Source: Reclinomonas americana ATCC 50394 (Eukaryota). From it: DNA of 42,795 nt. A model generated the notes under the pieces. The model made no database searches. It was not told where the DNA came from and was given only the letters and a program-made list of their open reading frames with translations. Shown one piece after another: positions 24,901 through 37,344 of this stretch (positions are counted from its first letter, which is position 1; every line of letters starts with the position of its first letter). The stretch covers positions 1 to 42,795 of the forward strand of contig PS015537.1 of the NCBI GenBank assembly GCA_048213135.1, written 5' to 3'. The translations under genes and the position numbers were made by a program.

Positions 24901-27581
24901 GTTTGTACTCTCTGTCGCAGTCAGCGTCTCCTGCTCTTTCTCATTCTCCTTCGACTATCGTAGGCTCGCACCATGGCCGCTCGCTCACTGACATCGGTGC
25001 TCACCGACAACGAGGTCGCGCACAGTGCGCTTCAGCTGCTGGGCTCGCTGTGTGGTGCGTCTGCTGATTCCGAATAGGTGGATGGTCTTGTGTGTATTCT
25101 GACACGTGCGCGCAGACCTGTTGCCCACGCATGACTCCAACCGAGTGCACGGCATGCTGCTGCAGACCCTGCACTTGATTGAGCAGGCGGCAGAGTCGCT
25201 GACTCCGGCGACTGTTGGTATGTGGTGTCTGTCGGCTGCGCCTGTTGGTTGATGCCCTCACTCACATTGCTGCAGCCGAATTCACGGCGCTGTGCGATCT
25301 CCTGTGTCGATTGTCGGGACTGGTCACTCGCCGCGACGTGGTGCCGCTGAACAAGTCGCTGGTGGGCATGCTGGTGTCACGCGTCTTTGACGTCTGCGTG
25401 CGCAGCCGGATGGCAGGTGAGCGGAATGAGTCTACCACGAGCGTTTGCTGCTTAGACGTGCTTACCGTCGAGTGTACTGCACAGCACTGCACACCATGGC
25501 GGAGCGATTGGCACGTGCGTTCCGCGACTGTGTTGGCGATGTGGTCGATTTCGTCAGCACATGGTCGGCTCGCGCCGGCACGGTGCAGGTTTGTTGCTCA
25601 TCACCATCCTATACCACGTCCTGCTGCCCCTCTCACCCTCGTCTTGCGCAGCCGGGTCAAGTGGCCTTCCTCGAGTGCTACACTGGCGCGCTGGTCCGCG
25701 CAGCCATTGTAATGGGTGACGGTGGCGCGCAGATCACACGCATGTTGCAATGTGAGGCGTTGCGCGTGGCTGCGCTGCATGCCGCTGATGAAGTGCTGGG
25801 CATGGAGGTGTACACCAGTCGTTGTGGGTATGTAGACGACAGAGTGTCACCTGTGGCTAGAGAGCCTACGGACTCACTCTCTGCGTGTCTCAGAACGCTG
25901 GAGGCGCTCACCGTATTCCGTGCGTGTGCGCAAGTCATTCTCGATTTGGTGCGCTTGGACAGTGGTCGACCATCTGCCGCTGTCGCACAAGAGGCTGCCT
26001 TCCAAGTGCCGCCCGCATTGCGCCTCTGTCACACGTCGCTGACTGGAGTTCTCGACTCGTGCGTCGTGCATCAGCAACTTGTGGTTTCCTTTGCACGATT
26101 CTAACAAGCGAGTGTTCTTGGTTGTCAGAGCGTCGGAGGACCAGCCGGTGGCCTATGATCAGTTTGACAAGCTTCTGGCCTGTGTGCTCCACGTGACCCA
26201 GCTAGCCTCGTCGCCATCGGTTCTTTGTGATGGTCTCCACCTGTGCGGCACGATCCTGCGGGCCATTGCGGCGTGCGAGCGAGAGGCCGATGACGAACAA
26301 CTGGTGCTCTGGATGAAGCTGTTGGAGGAGCGATCACATGATGAGCAGGCATGTGTCGCCCGCTTGTCCATGTGCGCCGTGTATTGCTATTGCTAACCTC
26401 CCTCTGTTGCCAGGGTATCGATGTGCGCATTGCGGTGGCCGAGTCCATCCAATCTTCGCGAGTCCTATGTCACGAGACAGCAGAGTTGCGTTTCCCGGTT
26501 TTTGCCACGCACTCTTTGTCATCAAGCGCGGTTGTTTACGCTGGCCTTTCTTTTGCGTAGCATCCGAGTGTGGTTGACGGTTGCAAGGCTGTTGGAAGAC
26601 GACGATCCCACTGTGCGCGAAATCATCTCGCAGGCAGTCTCTCGTGCCCTGGTTACCCTGGTTGCGTATTGCACTTCTCATTATCACACTCCTTGCGCGG
26701 AGTTCTCACCTCCCTCCTTTCTGCAGGGACAAACCGAGATTGCCGATGTGAAACTCAACTCGATGCACAATGGCGAGTGTTTGACGCGACTAATGATCAA
26801 CGTGGCATCGCGGTACGCCTATTCTCCGCTCCTGCGCAAGCGACTGATGGCCGACCTGATGCCAAGCGATGCGTACGGTGTGTATTTTCTTGTGAGATAG
26901 TGGGCAGGAAAGGCTTCACCCGCGCTCAATCATTTGGTGTCGCAGTGCAAGCGGTGTTGAGCGAGTGTGTACCACGCTCCCACGACGTGCTTTTCGATCG
27001 AGAGATCCAAAACTACTTTACCGAGGTCGCGCAAGTAGCACAAGTGGCCGTTCTCGTGCTCGACGTGGTCATGAAGATTGATGTTGCGTGTCACGATGCT
27101 TTGCTTCGTGGAAAAGACAAGTGGCTGCATCCTCACGGCGTTGATTCCATGCATGCAGTCTTCGTTCTGTGACGAGCAACTGGAGGAGCTCGGTGCATCG
27201 CTGGCCAGCCGTTTGCGCTTGTTGCGCGAGCGTGCGGCGGTAGCCGGCTCCACCATTGGTGTGCTGTGCGGTGGCAGCACGCACCACCCGGCGCTGTTTG
27301 ACGAGACCTTCCGCACCCTCGCTCTCTGTGCTCTGCTTGCGCCGGATGCGGACTCCGGTACGTGACTTTTGCCATCCACTGCTCTCGCGATGTGCCTTCT
27401 TACAAAGCGTCTCTCCTTTATAGATGCCATGACCGTGGTTCACGAAATGGCTGCCGACACGCTTCTCCATCCGCGACTTGTGACCCTCGCGCAGGGCATT
27501 GTCGCCGGTCAGGGAGTGGCGGCGGCCGCATTTTTGTTGGAGCAGTTGCCGATTGCCGTCGCGCCCCCACCCGCCTCATAA
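18965..27581 (+). CDS. THADA: THADA/Trm732 (tRNA 2'-O-methylation cofactor, DUF2428), about 37 exons; start codon tentative
   Basis: FPGAAFFRR, GTKHNGAVE, RRSAGLPF, RVHALNLIR, FSDPHWDVRNS, TGREFFGKYPEL, PVLLLLSRL, NRVHGMLLQ, LLEDDDPTVRE. Confidence 0.9.
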
Positions 27582-27600
27582 CATTAACAATACTTTCAGT

Positions 27601-29899
27601 TTAGAGCTCATAATATTCCTTGTGAAGGTCGAATCTGGCTAATGATGTGGAGTGCGCCCAACATCTTCGCTGCACGTCCAACAGGAGATCTACGGGTCCG
27701 CACGCGATGACTCCTATTCTCTTGTTCTGGAAATGTCTGGCGCGCTCGGCAACAATCGCGAACAGTGTGTCCCAGTGTGGACGACCGCTGTGCACTGGCA
27801 CTGGGTACGACTCGGCTGTTCCACAAACACAATGAGAGGAGACAGCAACTGAGCTTTTGTAGCACAGGGGAACGCAACATTTGGAACGCTCCACGCCCTT
27901 GGTGATGTAGATCTCGGCTGTCGACAATAGAATGCGACTTGTGAGCGCTCAATGCCTTGGATACTGCTGATCTCTCTTCACATACCTTGGACACAGTCAT
28001 CGCTGCGCGCCGCCTCCTCAAAGTGCTCGGGAAACAAGTCGAGTGCCTATCAAGGAGTCAGCCAACAGACGCGCCGACACACGCGTGTACGGAGCGCACG
28101 CACCGATGCATCCCTCGTGACCCACACCAGATGCGTACGATGGTGCATAGCAAACTCGGCACGTGCCTCGGCCGAGCGCTCCGCCCACTGCACCATGTAG
28201 GTGAAGATAGACATGACGTGCGTGATGCCGATGCCGCCAGCAATCACAAACAAGTCCGGATATCGCTTGAAGGGAATGGAGAGATGGCCGTACGGTCCAT
28301 CCATCCACACGGTGACGTTCTGCGTTGCACATCTTAGCATGAAGACGAAGGCACCGGCAACAGCGCAAGTACAGGCACGCTCACCGACACGCGGTGACCG
28401 CTCGACAGAGGAACCATTTCGGCGGCGCTCTCATCGTTCTCTGCACTCTCGGTCAGCTCGACGAGCCGGTGCGTCCACGTGTTGGGACCCATATCCTGCA
28501 CGACAGGGTGAGTACGAGGCCAGATTCTATGGCAAAGTGCACTCAATGTACCTTGATGTAAAACACCAGTGACGGCGATCGACTCCGTGCATCGGGACAC
28601 GAGGCAATGGAAAAGGGGTGCGAGGAGAAGACGGAGATTTGTGGGACCGAGAGATACGCAAACTGGCCTGGTTCCACACGGAACAGCTCGCCGTCTCGTC
28701 GAAACAGTTCCTGCGACGAAGATGGTGAGTCTCAAAAAAACATCCAATATTAACACCAACATATATCTGACCACTCGAACGATTCCGCCGCCGACTGGCA
28801 CCAGTGACACGCTCGCATCGTATTTCAGCAACCACCCGAGCAGGTAGCGGAACACATGGTCGGCCAGCATCAGCGCGGCGCCCTGTTGCCCAACGATGAG
28901 AGAGAGTCATCAAGCAAAGTGAAGAACATCGGGACCAACACACACACCGGAATCATGAGGAGACCAGTGGTGGGCTCATGGATGGTCGCCATGACCAATC
29001 CTGCAATGCCGATGCTCATGTGCGGGTACTGGAACACCTCCCACGCCTTGCGACGAATCGGCTGCCACGCCAGCACGCTCATCGTGAGGAAGCAGCACCA
29101 CGCTGTGGGAGGTGCGAGTCAGGGGAAGGAGCGAGAATGTCATTCGCGACGAAAGCGCACCAAGCAAGCCGGCCAGTGGTGCAGGCGTGCCGTCGTCTGC
29201 ATTCACGTTAGCAGAGAGCACACAAGATTCAAGCTCACACAGGAAGCCACGCAACAGCTCCACTCAAACATGCGCTGCAATCCGCCCGTGGCAATGCTCG
29301 CACACACTCCATGCACAATGGCCAGCGACACGAAGAAACGAGCAATCCTGCATGCACTGTGAGTGAACCAGGAGGGCGCTACTTACTTTGCATGCCCCCA
29401 CGTACTCACCACCGATGCCAGCGCACAGCACGCTGAAACGACACACCAAACATCGGCACCAGCACCGACCGCCTCGTGACCGGCACCAGCAGAATCACCA
29501 AGTTGAGGCGATTGACAGCTCCCAGCAGCATAAACACGGCGCGGAACGTGTCATCCGTGTCAAGCTGAGGACGAGCGCGCGTGTGTGTGATGGATACACA
29601 CGAGCAGCATGCAAGCCACACCATCGACCGACCTCATCATACGCAGCATACCACGACACCGCAAACAGCACCAAATACATGAGCACCAACAGCGCCTCGC
29701 CCACGGTCAAATCGACCACCCAGTGCACGCCAAGCCATCGCCACGCCGACTGCGCACTCGGCATCTTGCCGAGTCTCCGGTACAAGACAAAGCCGGAGAG
29801 CGACGAGTGCAGTGGGCGCGGGGAGTTGCGGAAGATCACCGCGGCCGCGAACACAATGCCCATGCACACACCACCGACGATCCACTGAGTGGGAGAGAG

Positions 29900-29935
<36 letters not shown>

Positions 29936-30915
29936 NNNNNNNNNNNNNNNNNNNNNNNNNNNNNNNNNNNNNNNNNNNNNNNNNNNNNNNNNNNNNNNNN
30001 NNNNNNNNNNNNNNNNNNNNNNNNNNNNNNNNNNNNNNNNNNNNNNNNNNNNNNNNNNNNNNNNNNNNNNNNNNNNNNNNNNNNNNNNNNNNNNNNNNNN
30101 NNNNNNNNNNNNNNNNNNNNNNNNNNNNNNNNNNNNNNNNNNNNNNNNNNNNNNNNNNNNNNNNNNNNNNNNNNNNNNNNNNNNNNNNNNNNNNNNNNNN
30201 NNNNNNNNNNNNNNNNNNNNNNNNNNNNNNNNNNNNNNNNNNNNNNNNNNNNNNNNNNNNNNNNNNNNNNNNNNNNNNNNNNNNNNNNNNNNNNNNNNNN
30301 NNNNNNNNNNNNNNNNNNNNNNNNNNNNNNNNNNNNNNNNNNNNNNNNNNNNNNNNNNNNNNNNNNNNNNNNNNNNNNNNNNNNNNNNNNNNNNNNNNNN
30401 NNNNNNNNNNNNNNNNNNNNNNNNNNNNNNNNNNNNNNNNNNNNNNNNNNNNNNNNNNNNNNNNNNNNNNNNNNNNNNNNNNNNNNNNNNNNNNNNNNNN
30501 NNNNNNNNNNNNNNNNNNNNNNNNNNNNNNNNNNNNNNNNNNNNNNNNNNNNNNNNNNNNNNNNNNNNNNNNNNNNNNNNNNNNNNNNNNNNNNNNNNNN
30601 NNNNNNNNNNNNNNNNNNNNNNNNNNNNNNNNNNNNNNNNNNNNNNNNNNNNNNNNNNNNNNNNNNNNNNNNNNNNNNNNNNNNNNNNNNNNNNNNNNNN
30701 NNNNNNNNNNNNNNNNNNNNNNNNNNNNNNNNNNNNNNNNNNNNNNNNNNNNNNNNNNNNNNNNNNNNNNNNNNNNNNNNNNNNNNNNNNNNNNNNNNNN
30801 NNNNNNNNNNNNNNNNNNNNNNNNNNNNNNNNNNNNNNNNNNNNNNNNNNNNNNNNNNNNNNNNNNNNNNNNNNNNNNNNNNNNNNNNNNNNNNNNNNNN
30901 NNNNNNNNNNNNNNG

Positions 30916-31003
<88 letters not shown>

Positions 31004-31078
31004 GAGAGTGAGTGTGACTGTTGCATGCCTTACCTGGTAGGGCACCATGTCCTTGTCTGTGTCTGTGACCTCCGCCAT
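27601..31078 (-). CDS. Ferric reductase / NADPH-oxidase superfamily flavocytochrome
   Basis: Four heme His (RWHRW, IVHG, YPHM, TIHE), PGQFAYL, HPFSIAS, DGPYG, IAGGIGIT, CGP, C-terminal FDLHKEYYEL*. The first intron contains (CA)n and a gap. Confidence 0.9.
29893..31000. repeat. (GT)n microsatellite flanking an assembly gap in ferric-reductase intron 1
   Basis: Read directly. Confidence 0.9.
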
Positions 31079-31159
31079 GGTGGACACACGCGCAGAGAGA
31101 CAAGCACGAGACAAGCAGTGAATTTTCTTTCTCTCGTGTCTCTCTCACTCTCTGTCTCT

Positions 31160-31466
31160 ATGTTCAACGGTGGAGGCAGTGGTGGTGGAGGTGGAGGTGC
31201 AGGAGGTGCCTCGCGATGGCCTCCACTGTGGGTGATTGTGTTGAGTGGCAGTGTGCTGCTGGTTGCCTTGTGGTTTATGATGGTTGGGTTGGCGCCGGCG
31301 CCAAGTGCCTCGGCGTTGGGAGCGGATGCGGGTGTCACAGAGCGATTGGTGAGAGAGAGAGAGAGAAGGGAGGCAAAGGGAGAGAGAGAGAGAAGAGAGT
31401 TGTCTGTGTGTAACTCGTGCATGATCGTTGCGCAGTCACACGCACACACACACTCAAGCACACACG

Positions 31467-31498
<32 letters not shown>

Positions 31499-32325
31499 TG
31501 AGAGGAGATGANNNNNNNNNNNNNNNNNNNNNNNNNNNNNNNNNNNNNNNNNNNNNNNNNNNNNNNNNNNNNNNNNNNNNNNNNNNNNNNNNNNNNNNNN
31601 NNNNNNNNNNNNNNNNNNNNNNNNNNNNNNNNNNNNNNNNNNNNNNNNNNNNNNNNNNNNNNNNNNNNNNNNNNNNNNNNNNNNNNNNNNNNNNNNNNNN
31701 NNNNNNNNNNNNNNNNNNNNNNNNNNNNNNNNNNNNNNNNNNNNNNNNNNNNNNNNNNNNNNNNNNNNNNNNNNNNNNNNNNNNNNNNNNNNNNNNNNNN
31801 NNNNNNNNNNNNNNNNNNNNNNNNNNNNNNNNNNNNNNNNNNNNNNNNNNNNNNNNNNNNNNNNNNNNNNNNNNNNNNNNNNNNNNNNNNNNNNNNNNNN
31901 NNNNNNNNNNNNNNNNNNNNNNNNNNNNNNNNNNNNNNNNNNNNNNNNNNNNNNNNNNNNNNNNNNNNNNNNNNNNNNNNNNNNNNNNNNNNNNNNNNNN
32001 NNNNNNNNNNNNNNNNNNNNNNNNNNNNNNNNNNNNNNNNNNNNNNNNNNNNNNNNNNNNNNNNNNNNNNNNNNNNNNNNNNNNNNNNNNNNNNNNNNNN
32101 NNNNNNNNNNNNNNNNNNNNNNNNNNNNNNNNNNNNNNNNNNNNNNNNNNNNNNNNNNNNNNNNNNNNNNNNNNNNNNNNNNNNNNNNNNNNNNNNNNNN
32201 NNNNNNNNNNNNNNNNNNNNNNNNNNNNNNNNNNNNNNNNNNNNNNNNNNNNNNNNNNNNNNNNNNNNNNNNNNNNNNNNNNNNNNNNNNNNNNNNNNNN
32301 NNNNNNNNNNNNNNNNNNNNNNNNN

Positions 32326-32392
<67 letters not shown>

Positions 32393-35146
32393 ACTCTCTG
32401 CCCATTGCGTTTGTGAGTGTCTGAGAGAAAGAGAGAGAACAGAAAGCTGTCTGCCACGTGTCTATGCGCTCTCTCTTCTCTCTGCTGATTCGTGGCATGC
32501 ATGCATGTGCTGCGCAGGATGACTGGTCGGCATCGAAGGTTGACTGTCATTCTTCTTTGCCTTCTTCTTGCATCGCCTCATCGGTATCTGTTCTTGCATT
32601 TTTCGTTCGTTGTTTCTTTCTTCATTCGCAGGTTGGCGAGTTGTCGCGCGAGGTGGCGCATCTGCAGTCGCTGTTGCAGATCAAGGAGCGCGAGTTGAAC
32701 GAGCATCGACAGGCGGTGGCCAAGGCGATGACGGCGAGCAGCGAGAAGAGCGCGTTGTCGCCGGTGCAGGTCGTTGCGGAGATCTTGGCGTCGGCGGTGT
32801 GCGACTCGCCCGACTTGCCGTCGATGGAGGTGGCGCATGCGCGCGTGTTGTATAGTTCATGTGGGTGTCTCGTTGTGCTGAGTGTGCGGTGCAGATGTCG
32901 TGGCGTGAGGCGGCGCGTTTGCAGGCGGCGTCGGAGCTAAAGGACGATCTGTCGTTTGCGATGCGCACGGTGTTGCGGTTGGATTCTGGCGCCGGTCTGA
33001 GGGACAAGTGGCCGGTGACGCTGCTGACGGTGGCCGACGATGAGGATGCGACGAGTGGGATGTTCACGGCCACGCTGCTGTCGATGATCTCCAGCACGCG
33101 CAGTGGCATGTGGCGCATGGTGGTGTCGCTGGGCAATCACGTCAGCGAAATCACGTCCTCCCACGGTACTCCGCTGCTGCGTGCCGACAATCTGGTGCAC
33201 GAAACCGGCGGTGCTGTGCCCTTTTTTGCAGACGATGTTCTCGGACGGCGTCGCCGTGCGGTTGTCAAGTATGGCAGCGTGGCTGCAATGCTGGAACGCG
33301 GCATCGATGTGATCTACGCTGCGCCGGGTGTGGTGTTTGGTGCCAAGCATCCCCTCTCTGGCATGTCGTTTGACCACGATTTTGAGGGTGCGTGTCGCTG
33401 TATGAAGCCCTTTTTTGGTCGCGGACTCATCACCACATTGTGTGCAGTTATGAGCACGGCACAAACCAAGGAGATGGTGAACGGCACCTTTGAGTTCAAG
33501 GACGATGCGCCGTTCCTGACACCCATGTATGGCGATGTGGCGCTCTTTGACCCGGCGTTCTTCTATGTGCGATCGAATCCGCGTACGGCCAAGGCGCGTC
33601 CATGTGTTGACCTTGCCTCCCGCTCTCTCTGTTTCTCACGTTGCGACTCACGCGTGGCGATGGTGTGCAGCTGATGCGCCTCGTTCAAGATCGTCTCACC
33701 CGCGAGAATGTGGACGAAGATGTGGTGTTCACTGAGGCGCTGCTGCGACCGGCGTCGCCGCGCCATCCTCGCTACCCGCGCGTGTCGGTGCACATTCTCG
33801 ATTCACTCACCTACACCACCTCGGTGCGGTACACGACAGACCCGGAGGCCAAGGGCTCCCCCAAGCCGACAGTGATACACTGTGGCCAGATGCATCGGAA
33901 GATGCGATCGTACGCTGAGTGCGTGCTCACGCAGTACAAGGCGCTCGATGCGCGGCGGGCGAGTGCGTGGACGGGCTTCCCGGCGATTCCCGCCACGGCG
34001 CCGCTGCCGTCACCAGAGGAGGTGCGTCGCAAGCTGGATGTGAACACGTGTCGCAAGAGTTTGCCGGACGATGTGCCGGCCGAGGATGTGGACTTGGTGC
34101 AGGCGCTGGCCAAGAACGCGTCGGAGCAGCGCGACGTGTTTGTGACCATGGCGAATGCGAATGTGCTGGGCGAAAAGTACGGCGGCACGGGCGAGCCCAT
34201 GCTGCCTCTGTGGGTCGACTCGGCGCGACATGCTGGTACGTCGCAGGTTGACACCCCTTGACATGTTTGTCTCTCTCATTCTTCGTTCTCCGCTGCAGGC
34301 GTGAACAACATCCTGGTGCTGGCACTCGACGACACCGCCGCCGACTACTGCCGGCGCAACAAGGTGGGTTATGCGCGACTGGAGCCGCCAGACATCAAGG
34401 GCTACTCGGTGCCGAACCAGCGCGTGTCGGCGTTCAAGTGGGCCCTGCTGCGACGCATCATTCGTGCCGGCTACAATCCGCTGCTCTCCGACACGGACAT
34501 TCTGATCTTCCGCAATCCATTCGAGCTCCTCGTGCGCGACAGCGACGTGGAGAGCTCCACCGACGGCTGGACCGACGACACGGCGTACGGTGAAGTGGTG
34601 CACTACCAGGGTGACTCTGGTCCGACGCCATCACTGCCACTCGGCTCCGCCTTCCGCCTCTACATGCTCAACGCCGGCTTTTTCTATCTGCGCGCCTCGC
34701 CCTCTGTCCTCGAGGTGCGCGTTACTTCCCTCACTTTCTCTCTCTCTCTTGTGTGTTGGTGCGTCACTCACTCGCCGGCAATGCAGATCGTGTCGTGGAT
34801 TGCCGATGACTTGCGCAAGCACGCCAAGTGGGACCAGAAAGCCTACAACGAAGCGCTGCAGAGGCGCACGTACGGCAAGGTGCACGCACCGCGTCTGTCG
34901 GTCCGCGTTATGGATCGCGCGCTGTTTGCGACCAGCAAGGTGTATCTGCGACGAGAAATGTGGGGCCGGCATATTGCGCCCGCGGTGGTGCACCAGAATT
35001 ATGTCGGGCCCGACTACTTTGATGGCAAGCCGTTCGGGCGTGACCCGAAGACCACTATTTTGCGGTTTATCGCTGAGGAGCACGACCGCGAGGTCAAGTC
35101 ACAGGAGAAGGCACAACTAGAGCTGGCGCGGTTGCAGATCAACTAG
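31160..35146 (+). CDS. Type II Golgi glycosyltransferase of the nucleotide-diphospho-sugar transferase/GT77 (RRA-like) family, with two tandem GT domains
   Basis: N-terminal TM and coiled stem. Domain 2 reads KWALLRRIIRAGYNPLLSDTDILIFRNPFELLVRDSDVESSTDG...NAGFFYLR...WDQKAYNE. Domain 1 is degenerate (FFYVRSNPRT present, no DxD). Confidence 0.87.
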
Positions 35147-35183
35147 ACGCGAACGTGAAATTAAATGTCGCTTTCAATCTTTT

Positions 35184-37239
35184 TTACATTAATACCACGT
35201 CGTTGGCGCCGGCGAGTAATGCCAGCGTCGGCTGCTCGAGGTGAGAAAAGCGAGCGGATGCCTAAACAGAGGGAAGAGGAAAACGCACGCAACTCGGTGA
35301 AAGTGCGCGTAGTACGGTGATTCACGGTACCGCAGGTACGAGTCGGTTTTCTGTGCCGAGGAGCGTCAGGCGTTTTGTGCGCAAAGTGTGTGTGCATGGG
35401 TGGCACACCATGAGGTAGGCCACACTGTTGTAAGCGGCCACAAACGGAGTCAGAAGGTCGCTCGGTCTCGTGCTCGATGGATTCTGCGTGCGAGAGAGCG
35501 ATGAGCTGAAGAGATGGCGGAGGAGACAGAGGCGCTTCTCTCGCGCAACAATGGGAACTACCGCCATGGCAGCGGCGCGCTCTCGGGCTGAAATATTAAG
35601 CGAGTGCGCTCCCTCACTGTCGATAAACTCGGCACGCACTTCTGCACAGCGGTCGGCCGTCTCCTTGGTCGACAGTCGCCCACGCTCCTGCAAAGAATAA
35701 TGGAATTAGAACATCACGTCACAGCAGGCCGACTGACACACAACAGCGCACCACGTCCAGTCGCAGCGTGGTGATGATTTCGTAGAACAGCAGGTTCTCT
35801 GTGAAGCACGCGCAGCGGTGAATGGAAGCCGCGATGGATCACACGATACTGCACACACCTTCCGAAGCCTCGTCGCGCAAAAAGCTCAAGAACGCCTGCT
35901 TCTCTTTCGGATCCCCGACTGTGCGCTCAAACGAGCTGTCGAGCAACGCAGCCGACGCGAAACCGTCGCGCGGGCGCATGGCAAACAGAATCAACAAGTG
36001 CGGCATGAGATCGGNNNNNNNNNNNNNNNNNNNNNNNNNNNNNNNNNNNNNNNNNNNNNNNNNNNNNNNNNNNNNNNNNNNNNNNNNNNNNNNNNNNNNN
36101 NNNNNNNNNNNNNNNNNNNNNNNNNNNNNNNNNNNNNNNNNNNNNNNNNNNNNNNNNNNNNNNNNNNNNNNNNNNNNNNNNNNNNNNNNNNNNNNNNNNN
36201 NNNNNNNNNNNNNNNNNNNNNNNNNNNNNNNNNNNNNNNNNNNNNNNNNNNNNNNNNNNNNNNAAGGAGGGGGGAGAGGGTGGAGGAGAATCACCGTCAC
36301 ACGCAACTCGCATCAAGAGACTGGTGGTCGAGTCCACTGCACCAGACTTGCGCACCTGATAGAGCTGTCTCACAAGCATTGCAGGAATGACGACTGCCAC
36401 CCCCAGCAACACCACGTTGCCCTTGAGAAACACGACAGTATGAGCCATTCGTCGCAAGCTGTGTGCGCAGCAGGAATGAAGAAACAACTGACCACCACAA
36501 ACAAGGAGAATCCGCCGAGATTGTTGTTCAGGCGCACCACCGGCACCAGCGACACCCACATGAGTCCGGCCGCGGCCAGAGCTGCACCCACCAGCGTGAT
36601 CGCCAACAGCAGGCGCTCCTTCTTCGCTGAGTAGTCCGCCAGTCGTCTCAACAAGCGAACATAGACCCACACTGCGCAAGAATGAGGGAGAAGCCACCAC
36701 AGACTGTCGTCGCGATCACTCAACTGGCATAGGTGACTGTCAGCACCTGTGTGATGTTGGCCACCAGCGTGGTCCATCTTCCCGATTGGATGGCGTGCTC
36801 GGAGCACAAGAACCCATTGGTTGTGGTCGACAGAATGAAGAACCACGCAGAAACGACTGTGTGATGCATGAGAGAGTGTGTGAGTCAGTGTGAGAGAGGC
36901 ACGCTCACTCACTCACTCACCGATGCAGTGCGAGGCGCCCGCGAACCAAAACACGACTGTCGACATGGTGAATGCAACCCACAGCATGCGCAGTGTGAAT
37001 CGCAGAGATGATCGCCACCAGGAGCCGCCTTGTTGTTTCCTCTTGGTGTGCTTGTGTGCACTCATCGTCTCGCCCTTGTCGTTGTCAGTGTCGTCATGAT
37101 GGTTGTTGTCGTCGTGAGGAAGGCGACGAACGACTGTGAAGACATCGACGATCCAACGTGCGAGATCGGCGGCGCCCACTAATAGGTAGAGAATGCCATC
37201 CACGAGGAACACGATTGTCGACACCTGGTCGCATTGCAT
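35184..37239 (-). CDS. 7TM-RGS protein, paralog 1 (one exon lies in the gap)
   Basis: Several TM helices, then AFLSFLRDEAS-ENLLFY...AEFIDSEGAHSLNIS...AYNSVAYLM-KTDSYLRY, ending PTLALLAGANDVVLM*. Confidence 0.82.
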
Positions 37240-37344
37240 CGCGCAAACACAGTCAAAAGGCCTCAAAAGGTGTGTCCTGTGAGAAACTGATTGCTGCGAG
37301 CGGACATGCATGATTAACAGGATTGTACATTCATTACAAGGGAA

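Noticed and set aside
26000-26130. Possible frameshift or odd intron in THADA
   Set aside because: Not resolvable by eye. A C|GTGCGT donor near 26059 restores the frame, so no anomaly is claimed.
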